A stretch of DNA of 59,368 nt, the filler included. It is 6 parts of 6 records of this genome, joined end to end, with 100 filler letters (N's around TTAATTAATTAA, not from the genome) between each part and the next. Parts side by side here need not be neighbours in the genome. Positions count along the whole stretch, not along the records: positions 35,092 to 45,765 come from DRR723986_78433; positions 45,866 to 53,849 come from DRR723986_79504; 4 more parts are not named here. The stretch is one strand, 5' to 3'. The position numbers were made by a program, and so were the translations under genes. Below, in pieces: positions 39,728 through 49,782 of the stretch (the stretch's first letter is position 1; each line of letters begins with the position of its first letter). The notes under the pieces are model-generated. The model was not told where the DNA came from. It searched no databases and was given only the letters and a program-made list of their open reading frames with translations.

Positions 39728-42082
39728 ATGGTAAAAGCATCTCAAAAAGGAGCTAAACAGGTTCAAAACAAAGGGCACCTCATTAAAAAGGAAATTGCTA
39801 AATATTTACGATTTTGGCCTTTTATGCTCATTGGCATAGCCATAGCTATTTCAACAGTTTTTATTCAGCTCCGCTATACAAAAAAGCAATATAAAAGTGT
39901 TGCAAAAATTAAAATTCTGAGTAGTAATAAAGGTCTTGAATTACCACAGGCTGGTTTTATATTTAGCAGACCCAATATTAACTTAGAAAATAACATTGAA
40001 ATTATAAAATCATCCCGATTATGGGAGGAATTAGTTGTAAAATTAGAATTAGTAAGTTCGTTTTATCAATATGGTAATGTGCTATTAACTGAGATTGATC
40101 AGATTCCTTTTAATTATACGTTAGAGGCACCTGTCTCAACAATAAATACCAATAAAACGTTTAAGTTAGAAGTGCGAGATGCCGGCTTATATGTTTTTGA
40201 AAATAACGCTATTGATCCCATAGTACTTCCACAATATACAACAGTTGGTGAAGCTCATAATTTACCGTTTCAACTATGGCCAACAAGTCTAGAGTCTATA
40301 AAAGCGGTTAAAGGAACCGTCTATGAAATTCATATAAATCCAGTTAAAACCGTAGCCGACCGCTTGAGGCAACAATTTAGTGTGGCCACGGTTGGCAAGG
40401 GTAGTGAGCTCCTTGAGTTAAGCATGGAGGGTGAAATAAAATCTAAATCCGAACGTATTCTAAATGGCCTGATGGAGGTATTTGAGTTAGATGGCATACG
40501 TCTGAGGCAATCCATATCAGAACGCACTATAGATTTTATTCAGGAGCGTTTTAGCGTTTTAGGAAAAGAGCTCGATTCTATAGAAACGGGTATCAAAGAT
40601 TATAAGGTAGCCAATAACATGTTGAGTATTGAAACCAAAGCAGCTTCAGATCTTACAAAATTTAATCTATCTGAAGAAGCTTTAGTTGCTATTGAAGCAC
40701 AATTTTTGGTATTAGAGTTTATAGAAAAGACCATTGAATTGCCCTTAGATCGCTTAGAGATTCTTCCCAATTTTATCATGGAAGAAGAATTGAGCATCAA
40801 CTCGGAGATAAAAGATTATAACGAGTTGGTATTTCAATTAGACCGCTTAAAGGTTGATGCCAGTACCAATAATCCAAAATATAAGCAATTACTCAAAGAA
40901 TTAGAGGGTTTAAAAGAAAATTTAAAGGTTTCTCTAGAGTTACTTAAGGTACAACTCCAAACCAAGAAGACCGAGATAGAAGCAAAAAACGATAGTTATA
41001 ATGCCGCTTTACAAGACATTCCTAGCATGGAGTTGTATATGCGTAATGTAGAGCGTCAGCAACAAATTAAAGAGACCTTATATTTATTTTTACTACAAAA
41101 ACGAGAGGAAGCTGCAATTAACAGGGCCATTACAGAGCCTACGATGCAAGTTGTAGAGTATGCGAGCTCTTGGTGGGATCCTATTTCTCCTGTGCCTAAA
41201 AATTTGTATACAATGGCATTACTTATAGGTTTGGCTGTGCCTGTAGGTATTATCTATCTTAGTATACTACTAGATACGAAGCTCAAGTCTACAGACGATA
41301 TGAAATCTCTTTTGGATGGGCTTCCTGTTTTGGGTGAAATACCTTTTGTAAAAGATAATAAGAGCCAACTATTATTAGAAAAAAATGATAACTCTCCATT
41401 TTCTGAGGCGTATAGAATATTGAGTTCTAATCTTAGTTTTGTTTTACCAATAAAACACAATAGAGAAGGGCATGTTATCCTCTCTACTTCTACCATAAAA
41501 GGTGAAGGTAAAACCTTTACAAGTATTAATTTAGCATTGGCATTGGCGAGCTTAGGAAAGCGTGTTTTACTTCTTGGAGGAGATTTAAGAAATCCACAAA
41601 TTCATAAAACATTTGGAGTTTCAAAAAATAATCCAGGCCTATCGAGTTATTTGTATAATTCCGAAATTAATTGGAAGTCGCTTATAATGCCCACAGAAAC
41701 CATTGATAATTTAGATGTAATTACATCCGGTCCTATACCCCCAAATGCACCGCAACTGCTTAATAATGGTAGGTTAGAAATGCTCCTTAAAGAAGCTAAA
41801 TTGGAGTACGATTATATTATTATTGATTCTGCACCGACATTATTGGTTACCGATAGTATGCTGATTGTGCCCTTAGTGGATCTCACCTTATTTGTTGTAC
41901 GTTACGGGTTTACCGATAAAGAGCTACTGAGTTACTCAAAAGATTTGAACGCTTCTGGTAAGATTACAAATTTAGGTTACATCTTTAATGGGGTTAAAGC
42001 GGTAAGGTCCTATGGCTATAAGTATGGTTATAAATACGGTTATAACTATGGCTATAACTATGGTTATGGAAATAAAAAATAG
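39728..42082 (+). CDS. wzc: Polysaccharide co-polymerase / BY-kinase
   Basis: Two TM segments, Walker A GEGKT, DLRNP, IDSAP and a C-terminal tyrosine cluster. Confidence 0.93.
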   Translation: MVKASQKGAKQVQNKGHLIKKEIAKYLRFWPFMLIGIAIAISTVFIQLRYTKKQYKSVAKIKILSSNKGLELPQAGFIFSRPNINLENNIEIIKSSRLWEELVVKLELVSSFYQYGNVLLTEIDQIPFNYTLEAPVSTINTNKTFKLEVRDAGLYVFENNAIDPIVLPQYTTVGEAHNLPFQLWPTSLESIKAVKGTVYEIHINPVKTVADRLRQQFSVATVGKGSELLELSMEGEIKSKSERILNGLMEVFELDGIRLRQSISERTIDFIQERFSVLGKELDSIETGIKDYKVANNMLSIETKAASDLTKFNLSEEALVAIEAQFLVLEFIEKTIELPLDRLEILPNFIMEEELSINSEIKDYNELVFQLDRLKVDASTNNPKYKQLLKELEGLKENLKVSLELLKVQLQTKKTEIEAKNDSYNAALQDIPSMELYMRNVERQQQIKETLYLFLLQKREEAAINRAITEPTMQVVEYASSWWDPISPVPKNLYTMALLIGLAVPVGIIYLSILLDTKLKSTDDMKSLLDGLPVLGEIPFVKDNKSQLLLEKNDNSPFSEAYRILSSNLSFVLPIKHNREGHVILSTSTIKGEGKTFTSINLALALASLGKRVLLLGGDLRNPQIHKTFGVSKNNPGLSSYLYNSEINWKSLIMPTETIDNLDVITSGPIPPNAPQLLNNGRLEMLLKEAKLEYDYIIIDSAPTLLVTDSMLIVPLVDLTLFVVRYGFTDKELLSYSKDLNASGKITNLGYIFNGVKAVRSYGYKYGYKYGYNYGYNYGYGNKK
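42010..42069 (+). repeat. Degenerate 12-nt tandem repeat encoding the Wzc tyrosine cluster
   Basis: TATGGCTATAAG/TATGGTTATAAA/TACGGTTATAAC/TATGGCTATAAC/TATGGTTATGGA. Confidence 0.8.
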
Positions 42083-42214
42083 TTAGGGTTTGTGTTTTAC
42101 TAGCGCTATAGTGTGGATATAATCAAAACTAAATAGGTGTATTATATACGTGATTTGTAGTAAAACGAAACCGTTAGATTGTAATTGTAGTTGCACAAAA
42201 TCATTTTATATTAG

Positions 42215-42243
42215 AAAAAAGCTCGGTATAACCGAGCTTTTTT
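42215..42243. terminator. Bidirectional intrinsic terminator
   Basis: AAAAAAGCTCGGT-ATA-ACCGAGCTTTTTT. Confidence 0.85.
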
Positions 42244-42265
42244 GTATTTATTAAAAAAAATGAAC

Positions 42266-42835
42266 TTACAGTCTAATTATAGCTTGCAGATGGTATTGAA
42301 AATGATTATTGTTAAATTGACTGTTAGAATGATCGAAAGCTGCCTTAGCTATGGTGTGTGCTTTCAGTCCAAAACTATTATCTTTATTTAGCCAAAACAC
42401 TACACCACCACCTACATTAGCAGAAAAATTACTATTGTCAATATGAAAAAAACCAACACCTACATTAGCAAAAATATCTAACCAGTCTGTTTTTGGAAAA
42501 ATATATTGGCCAAAATAATAGTTCACTCGGGCATCAAAAGACAGATAATCAAAAGCGTCTTTTAATTGAGCACCATCTATCGATTTATCGATAGAAAATT
42601 TATTTAAGGACGCCGATTGCTCTATTGTAAAATTGTCACTGAAGCTAAACTCCCCTGCGACGGATATAGGGATACCTCCAAATGCCCAATCATCAGGACT
42701 ATTGATAGGAGATTGTGTTCCTAAGCTATTAATGGCATTAGTTCCGACGCTTATATACCATTCTTTTGTTTGTAATTGTGCAAAAGTGTTTAAACTGATT
42801 GTAAGTACCGTCAGTAATACAATATGTTTTTTCAT
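42266..42835 (-). CDS. Outer-membrane beta-barrel protein (OmpA-like transmembrane domain)
   Basis: Signal peptide and about eight amphipathic strands. Confidence 0.75.
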   Translation of the reverse strand: MKKHIVLLTVLTISLNTFAQLQTKEWYISVGTNAINSLGTQSPINSPDDWAFGGIPISVAGEFSFSDNFTIEQSASLNKFSIDKSIDGAQLKDAFDYLSFDARVNYYFGQYIFPKTDWLDIFANVGVGFFHIDNSNFSANVGGGVVFWLNKDNSFGLKAHTIAKAAFDHSNSQFNNNHFQYHLQAIIRL

Positions 42836-43011
42836 AGTTATAAAATTAAAACAGAGTTATCCTTAATACTAAGGCAAATATATATTAAATTTATGTTGTA
42901 GGGGTAACTTAAAGTAGAGTGATTTAGTTTAAATACTTTTAATAATAGCGGTATAGTTGTATAATGACTATTGGACCTCCATTATTAATTAAAATTTGTA
43001 CTATCTAAACT

Positions 43012-44082
43012 TTACGAAAATTGTCGTTTTAATAGATTTAAAACACGTTTTTTATCTTTCCATAAAGCCTTACGATATGTTCTGTGTGTTAGTGCAAATA
43101 AAAATCTATGAATAAGGGTAGCTAAGTAAAGCTTAATAGTTAAAGTTCTATACCAAAATTTATAAAGTGTTCTATTATTTAGTTTAAGTAAGAAAAGCCA
43201 AGAGGCTTTGTTATGCCCAAGATATCTCAAATCTTCAAAAAAAACATTGAGATATTTAAAATAAGAAATAAGGGCCTTGTCTTTAGTAGTTTTAATTTTA
43301 GTTTCTGCTGTTTTAAAGCTTTTTAAATCTTTAGGTTGACTTAACATAATGGTATCATATGCCGATCTAAAATTTATGGTTTTATAATGTTGGCCCAGGT
43401 CATTGATTTGATAATTAAGAATATTATGCAAAAGAAGATGCCAATGACAAGGTACATAAGTGTCATTAATTTGTCTTTTGTGTTTAAGAATATTAGCGTT
43501 ACTCAGCGCTCTATCCTTATGCTTTACAAATAGCTTTTTATGCAATTCTACAGCGCAAATATAAGTTGTACTTGTTAGTCTAGGCAGATGCTTATGTTCA
43601 AAAAAATCTGCACCAAGGGTTGCTTCTATAGGTTGATAACTTTCGGTTTTTAGTAATTCAAAAGCATGGTTAAGGTCTTTTTCTTCAATAAGAACATCTA
43701 TATCTCCTATCATGCGTTCTGAATAATCTTCAAAGTAATCTGCTGCCAAAAGCGCAGCTCCTTTTAAGAATGCATGTTTAATATTGTGAGAATTTAGAAG
43801 TAGGGTAAGTGATTTAACTTGTTCTAAGATAGCAAGATTTCGTTGTCTGTTTTGCGAAGCAATATCATCCAAATAAAGTTCTAAGCCCTCAGGCAATAGG
43901 TGTAATAGGTTTCTAGATTTTAGTCTCTGATATAAAGCAGGTATAATGAGATGCTGGCTTCCTAAAACAACTATAGCATCCCAATTAAACTCTGTATGAT
44001 TCCATTGTTGTTGTAAAAAATTATTAGAAGTTTTAAAACTTAAAATATCGGCTATATGTTGGTATGTATTGCTAGGTTTCAC
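43012..44082 (-). CDS. Uncharacterised nucleotidyltransferase (NTP_transf_5-like)
   Basis: FLKGAAL, RMIGDIDVL and VELH motifs; N-terminal HLIIPALY and RNLAIL segments. Confidence 0.85.
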   Translation of the reverse strand: MKPSNTYQHIADILSFKTSNNFLQQQWNHTEFNWDAIVVLGSQHLIIPALYQRLKSRNLLHLLPEGLELYLDDIASQNRQRNLAILEQVKSLTLLLNSHNIKHAFLKGAALLAADYFEDYSERMIGDIDVLIEEKDLNHAFELLKTESYQPIEATLGADFFEHKHLPRLTSTTYICAVELHKKLFVKHKDRALSNANILKHKRQINDTYVPCHWHLLLHNILNYQINDLGQHYKTINFRSAYDTIMLSQPKDLKSFKTAETKIKTTKDKALISYFKYLNVFFEDLRYLGHNKASWLFLLKLNNRTLYKFWYRTLTIKLYLATLIHRFLFALTHRTYRKALWKDKKRVLNLLKRQFS

Positions 44083-44164
44083 TGATTGCTAAAAGTAATA
44101 AATTAATGGTATAGTTAATAACATTAAAGCTTACAGATAAAAGTATTGTTTAATACATCATATT

Positions 44165-44198
44165 AAAAAAAGAGCAACCAAAGTAGTGCTCTTTTTTT
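44165..44198. terminator. Intrinsic terminator after the small peptide gene
   Basis: AAAAAAAGAGCA...TGCTCTTTTTTT. Confidence 0.7.
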
Positions 44199-44233
44199 AT
44201 AAAATTTACAACGTGGGCATTTTTTACAAATTT

Positions 44234-44407
44234 TCACCCCGCACCAAAAGGGTTGCCAGATGGATCTGGAGGGTTTGGTGATGCGGCTTGCGCCTTTTGT
44301 GGGTTTAATATAATAAAGGTGCCAACTGCCGTTAAGGCAGTATATGTTGCCATTTTTTTAATGGCGTCTTTACGAGTGATTTTATCTGTATGAGTTTTCT
44401 TATTCAT
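44234..44407 (-). CDS. 57-aa peptide with Tat-like leader (absent from ORF track)
   Basis: MNKKTHTDKITRKDAIKKMATYTALTAVGTFIILNPQKAQAASPNPPDPSGNPFGAG; own terminator downstream. Confidence 0.75.
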   Translation of the reverse strand: MNKKTHTDKITRKDAIKKMATYTALTAVGTFIILNPQKAQAASPNPPDPSGNPFGAG

Positions 44408-44496
44408 TTGATAACTAAATTTGTTTAAAAGGAATAAAAGAAGTCTTCTTTTTATTACAATTATATAATACTCTAGAAGTTGCTCTTAGGTTTATG

Positions 44497-45414
44497 TTAA
44501 TTTAATATGACTTTTTCAGTTTTATAGTTTTTATTATGACTTAATTTAACAATATAAATCCCCGAACTTACGGAGTTCAAACCAATGGTTTTGGTATTTA
44601 AACTTGAATTTAAAATTGTATTATAAACCAATCTACCTTGAATATCATATACTCTAGCTACAGTGCCTTTTTCCAATTGTCCAGAGATAATGAGTTCTCT
44701 ACTTGATTGCTTGGCATAGATCGTTATATTATCGAATGTATTTTCTGGCGTTGCTAATGTATTTGCGTAATTTCTTGATCCTGAAAATGAAAAAGCTCCT
44801 GTTCCAGGATTACCCGAGCCAATACCATCTCCAAATGCCTCGTCTGAAGAAAACATATTAGAGCCATTATCATTTGGATTACCGTAGGTAATGACAAATT
44901 CAAAACCATCTAAATTAGTCAATCCTATTTCAGTCCAGTCAAAGGTGAATGAAAAAGATGCATCAGTACTTAAGGCAGGGCCACCTACAGCATCAATATA
45001 ATTTAGGCCATTATCTCCAATTGATCCACTTGAAGGTATTTCCCATAATCCTCCAAAGACAGTATTAATTGCTATACCATGTGTTGCCTCAAAGCCTGTA
45101 GGAAATGATATATCACCTGACCCAGTGTTTGAGATAGCTCTTCTATTGGAATCAGCGGTATCATTGACGTTACCATCAATAGTAGACCTACCCGAATTAC
45201 CGTTAGAAATATACATCACCATGGTATCGTTAAAATCGCCTCCACCTTTAGTAAAACTCACAGTAATCGTAGTACCATCGTCGCTTATTGTCATAGTTGC
45301 AGGTCCAACAGGCCCACCAAAACCGGTATTTCCATTACCTGAGTAGTTTGCTTGAGCATTTAAAGCAAATAAGCTACAAGTTAAAATTGTAAAACATAAG
45401 TAGAGGTTTTTCAT
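44497..45414 (-). CDS. T9SS type-A sorting domain protein (Gly/Ser/Thr/Asn-rich)
   Basis: Signal peptide ending AQA; C-terminal VYDIQGRLV...SGIYIVKL...KVILN. Confidence 0.88.
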   Translation of the reverse strand: MKNLYLCFTILTCSLFALNAQANYSGNGNTGFGGPVGPATMTISDDGTTITVSFTKGGGDFNDTMVMYISNGNSGRSTIDGNVNDTADSNRRAISNTGSGDISFPTGFEATHGIAINTVFGGLWEIPSSGSIGDNGLNYIDAVGGPALSTDASFSFTFDWTEIGLTNLDGFEFVITYGNPNDNGSNMFSSDEAFGDGIGSGNPGTGAFSFSGSRNYANTLATPENTFDNITIYAKQSSRELIISGQLEKGTVARVYDIQGRLVYNTILNSSLNTKTIGLNSVSSGIYIVKLSHNKNYKTEKVILN

Positions 45415-45453
45415 AAATATAAATATTGAGTTCAAATTATTTTTTTTAGGTGT

Positions 45454-45765
45454 TTATCTAATAATAAGCTTTACGGATTTGCTTTTAGTTTTAGTATAAA
45501 GTTTTACAATGTAAACGCCTGTACTTAAATCATCTGAGTTTATGCGTTGTAATATTGACTCAGAAGAAAGTTTTTGTGTAATGATTTCCCTTCCTTGGAC
45601 ATCATATACCATAGCAATGGTACCTGCATCAAGCTGTCCAGAAATATTAATGGTTTTGGTGGATTGATTGGTGTAAACCCTCACATGATCTAGATGCTGC
45701 TCAGTTGTAGTTAATGCATTATCAGAAAACACAACATAAAAACGTCCCGGTCCAGATAAGTTAGA
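45454..45765 (-). CDS. T9SS type-A sorting domain protein, C-terminal fragment
   Basis: Frame open to the contig edge (SNLSGPGRFYVVFSD); VYDVQGR...GVYIVKL...KLIIR. Confidence 0.85.
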   Translation of the reverse strand, partial: SNLSGPGRFYVVFSDNALTTTEQHLDHVRVYTNQSTKTINISGQLDAGTIAMVYDVQGREIITQKLSSESILQRINSDDLSTGVYIVKLYTKTKSKSVKLIIR

Positions 45766-45865
45766 NNNNNNNNNNNNNNNNNNNNNNNNNNNNNNNNNNN
45801 NNNNNNNNNTTAATTAATTAANNNNNNNNNNNNNNNNNNNNNNNNNNNNNNNNNNNNNNNNNNNN
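45766..45865. other. Artificial contig linker
   Basis: N-run + TTAATTAATTAA + N-run. Confidence 0.98.
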
Positions 45866-45885
45866 TGAACTTTTATAAAAGTTCA

Positions 45886-47943
45886 ATGTCAGAGAATAAA
45901 TATACAATTACAGCCGCCTTACCATATGCCAACGGACCACTTCATTTAGGGCACGTTGCCGGAGTTTATTTACCCGCAGATATTTTTGTTCGATTCTTAC
46001 GAATGAATGAAGAAGATGTGTTGTTTGTTTGTGGAAGTGATGAGCATGGCGCAGCAATTACTTTAAGGGCAAAAAAAGAAAGCACAACTCCGAAAGCTAT
46101 TGTTGACATGTATCATTCGATTAACTCAAAAGCTTTTTCGGATTTTGATATATCATTTGACATTTACTCAAGAACATCTAACCAAATTCATCACGAAACG
46201 GCGAAAGAATATTTTAAAAAACTAAATGCCAACGGGAGTTTTATTCAAAAAACTACCGAACAGTATTATGATGAAGAGTTTCAGCAATTTTTGGCTGATA
46301 GATATATCACTGGAACATGTCCAAATTGTCAAAGTGAAAATGCTTACGGCGATCAGTGTGAAAAATGTGGGTCAGATTTAAGTCCTACGGATTTAATCAA
46401 TCCCATCTCAACGCTTAGTGGAAAAGTTCCAACTTTAAAAGAAACTTCGCATTGGTTTTTACCATTAGATCAACATGAGGAATGGCTAAGAACTTGGATA
46501 AAAGAAGGAACTTTGAACGGTGCTCAACAGCACAATCCTAAAGATTGGAGAAACCAAGTCAATGGTCAATGCATGAGTTGGATAGATGGTGGGCTGCACC
46601 CAAGAGCAATGACTAGAGATCTTGATTGGGGAGTTAAAGTGCCAGTTGAAGGAGCTGACGGAAAAGTACTTTATGTTTGGTTAGATGCACCTATTGGTTA
46701 CATTTCTGCAACAAAAGAATGGGCCTTAGAAAACAATAAAGACTGGAAAGATTATTGGACTGGCGATAGAAAGCTGGTACATTTTATAGGTAAAGACAAT
46801 ATTGTTTTTCATGCAATCATATTCCCTGTTCTTTTAAAAGAGCATGGTGATTTAGTGCTTCCTGATAACGTCCCAGCTTATGAATTTTTGAATTTAGAGG
46901 GAGACAAGTTTTCCACCTCTCGAAACTGGGCGGTTTGGTTGCATGAATTTATTGAAGAAAATCCTGATAAGATTGATGAGTTAAAGTATGTGTTAACCTC
47001 AATCGCACCTGAAAGTAAGGATAGTGAGTTTACCTGGAAAGAATTTCAAGCAAGAATCAATAATGAGCTGGCAGATATTTTGGGCAATTTTGTGAACAGG
47101 GCAGTCGTTCTCACTAACAAATATTATGGTGGAAAAGTTCCAGAAATTGGTGAACTTACAAACCTTGACAAAGAAGTTTTATCGCAAATTGGAGAATTCC
47201 CATCTAGAATCGCGGAATTAATTAAAAAGTACAAGTTGCGTGAAGCGCAGGCGGAAGCTATGAATCTAGCCCGATTGGGTAACAAATATTTAGCCGAAAC
47301 TGAGCCATGGAAATTGGCTAAAACCGACATGAAGCGTGTAGACACGATCATGAATATCGCCCTGCAAATTACGGCAAACCTCACCATTGTATTTTCACCG
47401 TTTTTACCAAAAAAAGCACAAAAAATCGCTGAATTCCTGAATTTTGAGCAAAAAAACTGGTCATTTGCAGGAAAAACTGATTTATTAAGCACAGGTCATC
47501 AGCTCAATGCCGCATCTATTTTAATATCAAAAGTAGACGACTCTTTTATTGAAACACAAATTGAAAAATTAAAACAAAGTTCAGCCATGAATTCTACGAA
47601 TTTTGAACCTCAAAAAGATGAAGTTGCTTTTGATGATTTCATGAAAATGGACATTAGAATTGGCGAAATTTTAGCGGCTGAAAAAGTGCCAAAAGCTGAT
47701 AAATTATTAAAGCTTACAGTTGACACTGGTTTGGACAAAAGAACAGTGGTTAGTGGAATAGCTGAGCATTATTCGCCTGAAGAAATTATTGGAAAGAAGG
47801 TTTCTATTTTGATGAACCTTGCTCCACGTAAGATTAGAGGAGTTGAAAGTCAAGGCATGATTTTGATGGCCGAAAACGCAGAAGGAAAATTAAGCTTTGT
47901 TTCGCCTGAAGAAGGCTTTGAAGCAGGAGGAGAAGTGAGGTAA
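45886..47943 (+). CDS. metG: Methionine--tRNA ligase
   Basis: [11 protein letters not shown], CxxC Zn knuckle, KFSTS and C-terminal tRNA-binding domain. Confidence 0.98.
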   Translation: MSENKYTITAALPYANGPLHLGHVAGVYLPADIFVRFLRMNEEDVLFVCGSDEHGAAITLRAKKESTTPKAIVDMYHSINSKAFSDFDISFDIYSRTSNQIHHETAKEYFKKLNANGSFIQKTTEQYYDEEFQQFLADRYITGTCPNCQSENAYGDQCEKCGSDLSPTDLINPISTLSGKVPTLKETSHWFLPLDQHEEWLRTWIKEGTLNGAQQHNPKDWRNQVNGQCMSWIDGGLHPRAMTRDLDWGVKVPVEGADGKVLYVWLDAPIGYISATKEWALENNKDWKDYWTGDRKLVHFIGKDNIVFHAIIFPVLLKEHGDLVLPDNVPAYEFLNLEGDKFSTSRNWAVWLHEFIEENPDKIDELKYVLTSIAPESKDSEFTWKEFQARINNELADILGNFVNRAVVLTNKYYGGKVPEIGELTNLDKEVLSQIGEFPSRIAELIKKYKLREAQAEAMNLARLGNKYLAETEPWKLAKTDMKRVDTIMNIALQITANLTIVFSPFLPKKAQKIAEFLNFEQKNWSFAGKTDLLSTGHQLNAASILISKVDDSFIETQIEKLKQSSAMNSTNFEPQKDEVAFDDFMKMDIRIGEILAAEKVPKADKLLKLTVDTGLDKRTVVSGIAEHYSPEEIIGKKVSILMNLAPRKIRGVESQGMILMAENAEGKLSFVSPEEGFEAGGEVR

Positions 47944-48791
47944 TGTCATTGCTTCACGGCTGCATACAAGGATTACTTAAATCGCGAAAATTTCCTGGAC
48001 GCGATTATCTCATTGAAAACTTGCCGAAATGGTTTTTAAAACCCGCATCTGGTGAGGTAACTGTTAAAACTCGATTTGGATTTAGCATTCATCTTGACCC
48101 AACTTTTGATAAAAATATTGAGAACGTAATTTATCAACGCGGAGTTTACGAGCAAGGAACTACTGAATATATTCGAGAAACGCTAAAACCAGGAGACTGC
48201 TTTCTAGATGTTGGAGCAAACATTGGGTATTTATCTTTAGTAGCAGCAGCGGCGGTTACTAATACAGGAGAAGTTCATGCTTTTGAACCGGTAGCATCCA
48301 CTTTTAAATTACTGGATAAAAACAAAGCCCTGAATAGTTTCGATCAATTGTTCACTTATGATTTTGCATTGGGCAATAGCACCGAAAACGTCACCATCTA
48401 TCCAGAAGTAAATAACAGAGGAGGAGCTTCAATTATTGAGAAAAGATCATCAATAGGTCAAGACATTCGAGTAAAGCGATTGGATGATTTAGGGCTCATT
48501 AAGAAAATCAACATGCTAAAAGTTGATGTAGAGGGTTTTGAGTGGGAAGTCTTAAAAGGTGCTGAACAAACGATAAAAAAGGACATGCCTATTCTTATAG
48601 TAGAATACAGTCGGGGTCTTGAAAACAAGTTTTCTTCTCATGAAATGTTGAAATGGTTGCAATCTAAATTTGCATATAAAGCCTATCGCTTCACAAAAGG
48701 AAAGGAACGTAAATCAAAACTCGCTCCTTGCATATCTAAAACAGTTGGTCTTCCTGAGCATGACAACATCATTTGCCTGCCACCGCATTAA
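47943..48791 (+). CDS. FkbM family methyltransferase
   Basis: FLDVGANIG, AFEP and KVDVEGFE motifs; TAATG overlap with metG. Confidence 0.9.
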   Translation: MSLLHGCIQGLLKSRKFPGRDYLIENLPKWFLKPASGEVTVKTRFGFSIHLDPTFDKNIENVIYQRGVYEQGTTEYIRETLKPGDCFLDVGANIGYLSLVAAAAVTNTGEVHAFEPVASTFKLLDKNKALNSFDQLFTYDFALGNSTENVTIYPEVNNRGGASIIEKRSSIGQDIRVKRLDDLGLIKKINMLKVDVEGFEWEVLKGAEQTIKKDMPILIVEYSRGLENKFSSHEMLKWLQSKFAYKAYRFTKGKERKSKLAPCISKTVGLPEHDNIICLPPH

Positions 48792-48831
48792 TAATCTTAT
48801 CTTTGCATTAGCGCATCTAAAAGATTAACGA

Positions 48832-49782
48832 ATGAAACTCTATTTAACTTTATTGACGGCTTTGTTTATAGCTCCTGCTTTTTCTCAAGTTGCTGATTCT
48901 GTAGAAATACAGACTTCTAACACTGTTGTAAAGGGAACTTTAACTTGGTCTGGAGACCCCTCACAAGCTCAGCCATTGGTAATCCTTATTGCTGGTTCAG
49001 GTCCAACTGATAGAAATGGCAACAATCCGCAAATGACCAATAATTCATTAAAAATGCTCTCTGAAGGATTAGTTTCAAATGGATACGCTTGTTTAAGGTA
49101 TGATAAAAGAGGAACAGCTGCAAGCCGCTTACCCAATGGGTTTAATCAAAAAGAAATGTCTTTCGAATATTTTTTAGATGATGCAAATGACTGGGTCAAT
49201 AAGTTTGCCAATGATGTTCGGTTTAATAAAATCATCATTGCTGGTCATAGTCAAGGCTCATTAATTGGAATGATAACTGCCAATAAAAATGAAAATGTTG
49301 ACGCTTTTATTTCGTTGGCAGGTCCTGGTCAGCCAATTCAAGAAGTGTTAAAAAAGCAATTGTCAGCGACATTGAGTATTGAAATGCAAGGGTTGGTCAA
49401 TGCTAAGCTTGACACACTTGCCATGGGAGATACACTCCTGTTCGCTCCTGAAATTTTGTACAGCATTATGCATCCTACAGTTCAACCATTTTTAATTTCT
49501 TGGATGAAATATGATCCGGCCGTTGAGGCAACTAAATTAAAAGTTCCGGCACTTTTTGTTAACGGAACTACGGACGTACAAGTGAGTTTAGATGAATTAA
49601 ACAGTCTAGCTGAAGCCCAACCGAATGCCAAAGTGGTTAAAATAAAAAACATGAATCATATATTCAAACCTATCTCTAGCACAGACATGGGAGATCAATT
49701 AGAATTATATGACGACCCTGAAGTCGCGATCCATAAAAAACTTGTTCCGGCACTTACAAAATTTATAGGCGGGCTAAAATAG
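48832..49782 (+). CDS. Secreted alpha/beta hydrolase
   Basis: Signal peptide, GSGPTDRNG, RYDKRG, GHSQG nucleophile elbow, D-x-QV and NH motifs. Confidence 0.9.
   Translation: MKLYLTLLTALFIAPAFSQVADSVEIQTSNTVVKGTLTWSGDPSQAQPLVILIAGSGPTDRNGNNPQMTNNSLKMLSEGLVSNGYACLRYDKRGTAASRLPNGFNQKEMSFEYFLDDANDWVNKFANDVRFNKIIIAGHSQGSLIGMITANKNENVDAFISLAGPGQPIQEVLKKQLSATLSIEMQGLVNAKLDTLAMGDTLLFAPEILYSIMHPTVQPFLISWMKYDPAVEATKLKVPALFVNGTTDVQVSLDELNSLAEAQPNAKVVKIKNMNHIFKPISSTDMGDQLELYDDPEVAIHKKLVPALTKFIGGLK

Noticed and set aside
42010-42069. Tandem repeat as a phase-variation or VNTR locus
   Set aside because: It encodes the normal Wzc tyrosine cluster and the units differ at synonymous positions.
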